NCBI GenBank assembly: GCA_046047535.1
Contig: JBJOHS010000023.1
Span: forward strand, 9,031-73,030
Direction: 5' to 3'
DNA from: Pseudomonadota bacterium
Lineage (GTDB): Bacteria > Pseudomonadota > Gammaproteobacteria > Burkholderiales > Burkholderiaceae_A
Length of the DNA: 64,000 nt
The translations under genes were made by a program, and so were the position numbers. Shown here one piece after another: positions 59,767 to 64,000 of the stretch (position 1 is its first letter; each line of letters starts with the position of its first letter). Under the pieces are notes generated by a model. It had not been told where the DNA came from. It ran no database searches and worked only from the letters and a program-made list of their open reading frames with translations.

Positions 59767-60480
59767 TCAGTACATACACTCAAGTTCGGTGACGCTCTCG
59801 CCGGCGACCAATAGGTGGGCCCAGAGGTCGATCTCTAGCTGCTGGAGCAGTTGCCGTAGCCGAATCGTCAGTTGGCGGTCGGCCTGGCTGGGCTCAGCCA
59901 GGCCCGAGGGGTGGTTGTGGAATATCACCAGCCGGCTGGCATTGAGCTGAAGCGCGCGCGAGACGATCTCTCTGGGGTAGACGCTTGTTTCTGAGAGGCT
60001 GCCCCGAAAGAGTTCTTCGATGCGTATCAGGCGCAGTCTACGGTCTAAAAACGCTGCCCCGAAGACCTCGTGAGGGCGCCCTGAGAGATGTGTCCGGAGC
60101 CATGGAGCGAGTGCTAACGGACTGGGAATAGGTTGGCCAGTAGGAAACTGCGCTCGTGCTGCGCGGCGGCTCGCTTCGCCGGCCGCCTGTAGCAGAGAGA
60201 ATTTCGCGGTTCCGATGCCAGGCTGACGAACGACCTGGGTCAGCGGTGCGGACAGCACCGCTGCTAAGCTTCCAAGTTCCGAGAGAAGGTGTTTGGCAAG
60301 CGTGAGGCAGTTGATATCGCGCGTACCCGTCTGTAGTAGCACAGCCAGGAGCTCGGCGTCCGAGAGGCTATTGACCCCTCGGGCGAGAAGTTTCTCTCGT
60401 GGCCGCTCGTCTCCGAGGTCTGTGATGCTGGTGGTTTCGGTAACTGAGAGCCGAGAGTACAAGACAGGGTGATGGGTCAT
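59767..60480 (-). CDS. radC: RadC (UPF0758) JAB-domain protein
   Basis: ERPREKL...G...LSDAELLA.LL, VYPREIV and HNHPSG..EPS.AD; upstream of rpmB. Confidence 0.95.
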   Translation of the reverse strand: MTHHPVLYSRLSVTETTSITDLGDERPREKLLARGVNSLSDAELLAVLLQTGTRDINCLTLAKHLLSELGSLAAVLSAPLTQVVRQPGIGTAKFSLLQAAGEASRRAARAQFPTGQPIPSPLALAPWLRTHLSGRPHEVFGAAFLDRRLRLIRIEELFRGSLSETSVYPREIVSRALQLNASRLVIFHNHPSGLAEPSQADRQLTIRLRQLLQQLEIDLWAHLLVAGESVTELECMY

Positions 60481-60674
60481 GGGGCCAACCTTTCTGTAGT
60501 CGGAGCAGGACTACGTAGCCTGCCTTTCGTAGGCGGGCGAAACCATTGGCCAGATGCCGGGGGAGGCAATTCCCTTTACAGTGCATCCTTGCAACCCCTT
60601 TATGACGATCTTGCCCGTAGCCATCTCGCGGGCGACGTCTTTTGCCGAAGACCGCTCTAACAAAAGGAATCTTT

Positions 60675-60971
60675 ATGACCAAGGCCTATGCAATCGCTCA
60701 GATGACAGTGAACAATCCAGAGGGGTATCTCGCCTACAGCCGTGAGGTGGCGGCGACCCTGGTGCCATTTGGCGGAAAGTTTCTCGTCCGGGGTGGAGAG
60801 CCGCAGGTGTTAGACGGTCAGCCCAGTGGGGCGCGCAATGTAGTTCTTGAGTTTCCAGACCTGCAGTCTGCAAAAAACTGGTACCAATCGCCGGCCTATC
60901 AGGCCATAGTTCCTGGTCGTCTCAACAACGCGAAGGGCTATCTCGTGCTGGTTGAGGGGTATACCGGCTAG
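60675..60971 (+). CDS. DUF1330 domain protein (second paralogue)
   Basis: FGGKFLVRGG....LDG.....RNVVLEFP....AKNWYQSPAYQ; SD AAAGGA. Confidence 0.9.
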   Translation: MTKAYAIAQMTVNNPEGYLAYSREVAATLVPFGGKFLVRGGEPQVLDGQPSGARNVVLEFPDLQSAKNWYQSPAYQAIVPGRLNNAKGYLVLVEGYTG

Positions 60972-61063
60972 CAGCTCCTGTTGAACGATTGGACGCCAAC
61001 CGGCTGGACGTTGCCGGATTGGACAGTATCAACTGGGCCGCTGCTTGAGGCGCTGCTCGCCGA

Positions 61064-61519
61064 TCACGACGACGGTTGGTCGTGCAGTAACCGGGCTAGC
61101 GCCCGTAGGCCCCCAAGATAGCTCTCGACCCCCAGCCCGCTGATCTGTCCGGCGACCAAGTCCGCGAAGACTGACTGGTGCCGAAAGGCCTCGCGGGCAT
61201 GGATGTTAGACATGTGCACCTCAATAATCGGGCACGAGAGCATGGCAAGGGCATCGCGAATACCGTAGCTGTAGTGTGTCCAGGCTCCGGCATTGATGAC
61301 TACCCCCTGCGTACCGTCCTGGTGGGCCAGGTGAACGCGTTCCACCATCTGGCCTTCATGGTTGGTCTGAAAAGTCTCTACGGAGAGCCCTAGTTCTGGG
61401 CCAAGACGGGCAAGCGCCTGATCAATGTCACCGAGTGTGGCGGTGCCATAGACGGCAGCGTCTCGCTTCCCAAACATGTTGAGGTTGATGCCATGCAGCA
61501 CCAGAATTTTCTTCGTCAC
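61064..61519 (-). CDS. aroQ: Type II 3-dehydroquinate dehydratase
   Basis: HGINLNM.G.R...YG, QTNHEG, NAGAWTHYS and EVHMSNIHARE.FRH.S. Confidence 0.95.
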   Translation of the reverse strand: MTKKILVLHGINLNMFGKRDAAVYGTATLGDIDQALARLGPELGLSVETFQTNHEGQMVERVHLAHQDGTQGVVINAGAWTHYSYGIRDALAMLSCPIIEVHMSNIHAREAFRHQSVFADLVAGQISGLGVESYLGGLRALARLLHDQPSS

Positions 61520-61652
61520 TTTTCATCCTGCCGGTTTTGGGCGTATGGTTTTCATTTTACAAACTGCAGGCTACAACAGCTATCACAAGAAGACGCATCG
61601 AGACGATACGGCAGACCATCATTTTTATACGACTCCTTTTTGCAACGACGCC

Positions 61653-62351
61653 ATGACCCCCTTACCCTCGCCCCCGCTGGTCGCCCGTGACTGGCAATCC
61701 CATCCACCGTATCAGGCCCCTGGCTACAAATCCACCCTGACGCGCGGACCACAACAGCCTCTGGTGGTGGTGCCGAGCCGCCTTGGCGAACCCTCCGTAC
61801 CGGTATTCGGCCTAGATGGGCTGCGGGAGATCGATCGCGATCTCACGCGCAATGCGCGTTGTAATGGGGAACCCCTGGGCGAGCGCATTCGCGTCGTGGG
61901 GCGGGTACTTGACACCCGAGGCCGTCCGTTGCCGCATACCCTGGTGGAACTCTGGCAGGCCAATGCCGCGGGTCGGTATGTCCACAAGGTAGATCAGCAC
62001 GATGCGCCGCTCGACCCCAATTTTTTAGGGGCTGGCCGTTGCCTGACCGATGCGCAGGGGCGCTATGAGTTTTTTACGATTAAGCCCGGCGCCTACCCCT
62101 GGGGTAATCACCCCAATGCCTGGCGACCCCAGCATCTGCATTTTTCCCTCTTCGGTGAGGCTATGCCCTGTCGTCTGGTGACCCAGATGTATTTCCCGGG
62201 TGATCCTCTCTTGGCCTATGACCCCATTTATTTAGAAGTACCGGAAAAAGCACGCAGAAGTCTGATTGCAGAATTTGCTCTTGAGGAGACGCGTGAGGGA
62301 TTCGCGCTCGGATACGTCTTCGATATTGTTCTGCGGGGAGCATCGACATGA
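61653..62351 (+). CDS. pcaH: Protocatechuate 3,4-dioxygenase beta subunit
   Basis: ELWQANAAGRY.H, KPGAYPW.NH.NAWRP.H.HFS (Fe ligands Y, Y, H, H) and TQMYF.GDPL. Confidence 0.96.
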   Translation: MTPLPSPPLVARDWQSHPPYQAPGYKSTLTRGPQQPLVVVPSRLGEPSVPVFGLDGLREIDRDLTRNARCNGEPLGERIRVVGRVLDTRGRPLPHTLVELWQANAAGRYVHKVDQHDAPLDPNFLGAGRCLTDAQGRYEFFTIKPGAYPWGNHPNAWRPQHLHFSLFGEAMPCRLVTQMYFPGDPLLAYDPIYLEVPEKARRSLIAEFALEETREGFALGYVFDIVLRGAST

Positions 62352-62950
62352 AACAGCAAAAGACCGAGAAGCTGCCCTTACTGCAGACGCCCTCACAGAC
62401 GGTCGGCCCGTACTTTGCCTACGGACTATCGCCCGCGCAGTATGGCTTTGACCTACCAGAGCTCTTTGGTCCCACGTTGGCGGGCCCCGACTGCCCAGGT
62501 GAGCCGTTGTTGTTGTTCGGTCAGGTCTTCGACGGGAAGGGGCAGCCGATCACCGATGCTTTGGTAGAACTGAGTCAACTGGATGCCCGGGGCAGGGACT
62601 CTGGTCGTGCGTTGGATCCCGTATTCCGGGGTTTTGGCCGGTGTGGCACAGGAACCCTTGCCGATGGGCGCTATGCCTTTCACACCATTCGCCCCGGAAA
62701 GGCGCCGGGCCAGGCGGCAAGCTGCCTGCACCTCACGGTGTTTATGCGCGGGCTCCTCACGCACTGCTTTACGCGCGTCTATTTTGAGGATGAGATTGCC
62801 TCCTTGGAGAAAGACCCCGTATTTCAGGCAGCGCCCCAGGACCGCAGGGCTACATTGTTGGCGCGAAAAGACCCCTCAAAGGGTATACATGCGTGGCGCT
62901 TTGATATTCATATGCAGGGGCCCCAGGAGACCGTCTTCTTTGATCTATAG
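62348..62950 (+). CDS. pcaG: Protocatechuate 3,4-dioxygenase alpha subunit
   Basis: TPSQTVGPY, GFGR, F.RGLL....TR.YF and FDI.MQG..ETVFFD. Confidence 0.95.
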   Translation: MKQQKTEKLPLLQTPSQTVGPYFAYGLSPAQYGFDLPELFGPTLAGPDCPGEPLLLFGQVFDGKGQPITDALVELSQLDARGRDSGRALDPVFRGFGRCGTGTLADGRYAFHTIRPGKAPGQAASCLHLTVFMRGLLTHCFTRVYFEDEIASLEKDPVFQAAPQDRRATLLARKDPSKGIHAWRFDIHMQGPQETVFFDL

Positions 62951-63052
62951 CCGGTCGTTGTGGAGATGCCCGTATAGACTCGTCGATCGAGCGGAACCCT
63001 TTATTCTCTCTGTTACACACTCTCAATCACCTGCCTAAAAAGTAATCTCTTT

Positions 63053-64000
63053 ATGTCGCAACTCCTGTACACACAGATCTCCGGCCGCGAAGACGCGCCA
63101 TGGCTCGTCCTCATGCACTCGCTCGGCGCAACCCATCGACTCTGGGATGTCCAGATGCCGGCCTTTGAGCAGCAGTTCCACGTGCTGCGTCTCGACCTAC
63201 CTGGCCACGGGGCCTCGCCCTTGCCTGCCTCGATCGGTCTGGACGCCATGGCTGATGCGGTTTTGGAGACTCTGGAATCCCATGGTGTCGATCAGGCGTA
63301 TTTCTGTGGCCTGTCTCTGGGAGGCGTGCTAGCGCAGGCAATTGCGCTTAAGCACCCTGGCCGTGTGTTGGGGCTGGTCCTTGCAAACACGGGGGCCAAG
63401 GTGGGCTCCGCCCAGGTCTGGGGAGACCGGGTTGAGGCAGTACGTAGCGCGGGCGTCGCCTCGCTTATTCCTGCGCTCATCTCCCGTTGGTTTACCGCCC
63501 CATTTACCCATGCCCATCCAGGGCGTGTGCAGGCCATGGCAGAGATTCTAGAAGGCGCCAATCCCCAGGGGTACATCATGGCCTGCGAGTCGCTGGCCCA
63601 GGCAGATCTGAGACAGGCCATACACGCCATCAAGGCACCCACGCTGGTGATCGCGGGCGAAGAAGACCTTACGACACCGGTATCTGATTCGGAGTTTCTT
63701 GCCGCCACGATTTCGGGCGCGCGCCTAGCGATTCTCAAGGCGGCCCACATCAGCAATATTGAACAGCCGGGAGAGTTTGCGCGACTCGTGCTTGAGCACT
63801 GCGCTCCGGGCCAGGTGAGTCAAGCGGCCCTGCGTGAGGCTGGCATGCTGGTGCGTCGGCTGGTACTCGGTGATGCCTACGTGGATGCAAAGCGCAGAGA
63901 TGCACCGGCCGATGTGCTCGCCTTTCAAGACTTCATTACCGAGGCGGCCTGGGGGCAGGTCTGGACACGGCCCGGTCTGTCGCGCCGCGATCGTTCTTTA
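63053..64000 (+). CDS. pcaL: Fused 3-oxoadipate enol-lactonase / 4-carboxymuconolactone decarboxylase (PcaD-PcaC, PcaL-type); runs off the window
   Basis: Not in the ORF track. Manual translation from ATG 63053: LVLMHSLGA..LW..Q, DLPGHG, GLSLGG and AAHISNIEQP, continuing without a stop into PcaC-like GMLVRRLVLGDAYVD...FQDFITEAAWGQVWTRPGLSRRDRSL. Confidence 0.88.
   Translation, partial: MSQLLYTQISGREDAPWLVLMHSLGATHRLWDVQMPAFEQQFHVLRLDLPGHGASPLPASIGLDAMADAVLETLESHGVDQAYFCGLSLGGVLAQAIALKHPGRVLGLVLANTGAKVGSAQVWGDRVEAVRSAGVASLIPALISRWFTAPFTHAHPGRVQAMAEILEGANPQGYIMACESLAQADLRQAIHAIKAPTLVIAGEEDLTTPVSDSEFLAATISGARLAILKAAHISNIEQPGEFARLVLEHCAPGQVSQAALREAGMLVRRLVLGDAYVDAKRRDAPADVLAFQDFITEAAWGQVWTRPGLSRRDRSL

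Noticed and set aside
59767-60480. radC as a marker of a mobile or anti-restriction element
   Set aside because: It is the full-length chromosomal form in its usual position upstream of rpmB-rpmG.
60550-60582. Minus-strand AAAGGGAA...CCCCCG resembling part of a cobalamin riboswitch
   Set aside because: It lacks the intervening GGTG-RAA-TCC hairpin and B12 box, and the neighbouring genes are unrelated to B12.
435-63928. Many 60-265 aa alternative-frame and antisense ORFs in the track (e.g. 8839-9516, 25371-26048, 43549-44346, 50410-51099)
   Set aside because: They overlap well-supported genes and show no family motifs. Such shadow ORFs are expected in GC-rich coding DNA.

Overview
This is a gene-dense chromosomal window, probably from a betaproteobacterium (Burkholderiales-like, inferred from gene content and order). 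I saw no tRNA, rRNA, CRISPR array, transposase or integrase. (1) 1-15.2 kb is an uncharacterised catabolic cluster with no regulator gene: GlcG/HbpS protein, Gfo/Idh/MocA dehydrogenase, TauE exporter, FAH-family hydrolase, IlvD/Edd dehydratase, SDR, Ldh_2 dehydrogenase, VOC protein, Qor, an atypical TRAP transporter, a tandem-OsmC protein, cupin, DUF1330 and a Hyi-like isomerase. (2) 15.2-31 kb is housekeeping genes: membrane/spermidine-synthase fusion, ispH, fkpB, RidA, recG, oxyR, cysM, rsfS, nadD, chrA, SCO, a stand-alone MnmC oxidase domain, CysB/Cbl, panB and an MBL hydrolase. (3) 31-59 kb is a branched-chain/fatty-acyl-CoA region: etfBA, acyl-CoA dehydrogenases, leuE, liuD/B/A, thioesterase, nitroreductase, icmF, an acyl-CoA ligase/ABC importer operon, a serine hydrolase, liuE, thiolase, liuR and an SDR, with two LiuR boxes. 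(4) 59-64 kb holds rpmG-rpmB-radC, DUF1330, aroQ, pcaHG and a partial pcaD-pcaC fusion. The best candidate for an undescribed system is the 1-15 kb cluster, especially the TRAP binding protein that appears to lack the carboxylate-binding Arg together with the one-active-site tandem OsmC protein, cupin and DUF1330. Other notable signals are two probable CTG start codons, overlapping leaderless divergent promoters at liuR, a perfect palindrome filling the rpmB promoter spacer, and a probable ~41.7 kb inversion. All family calls come from motif recognition by eye; no database search was run.
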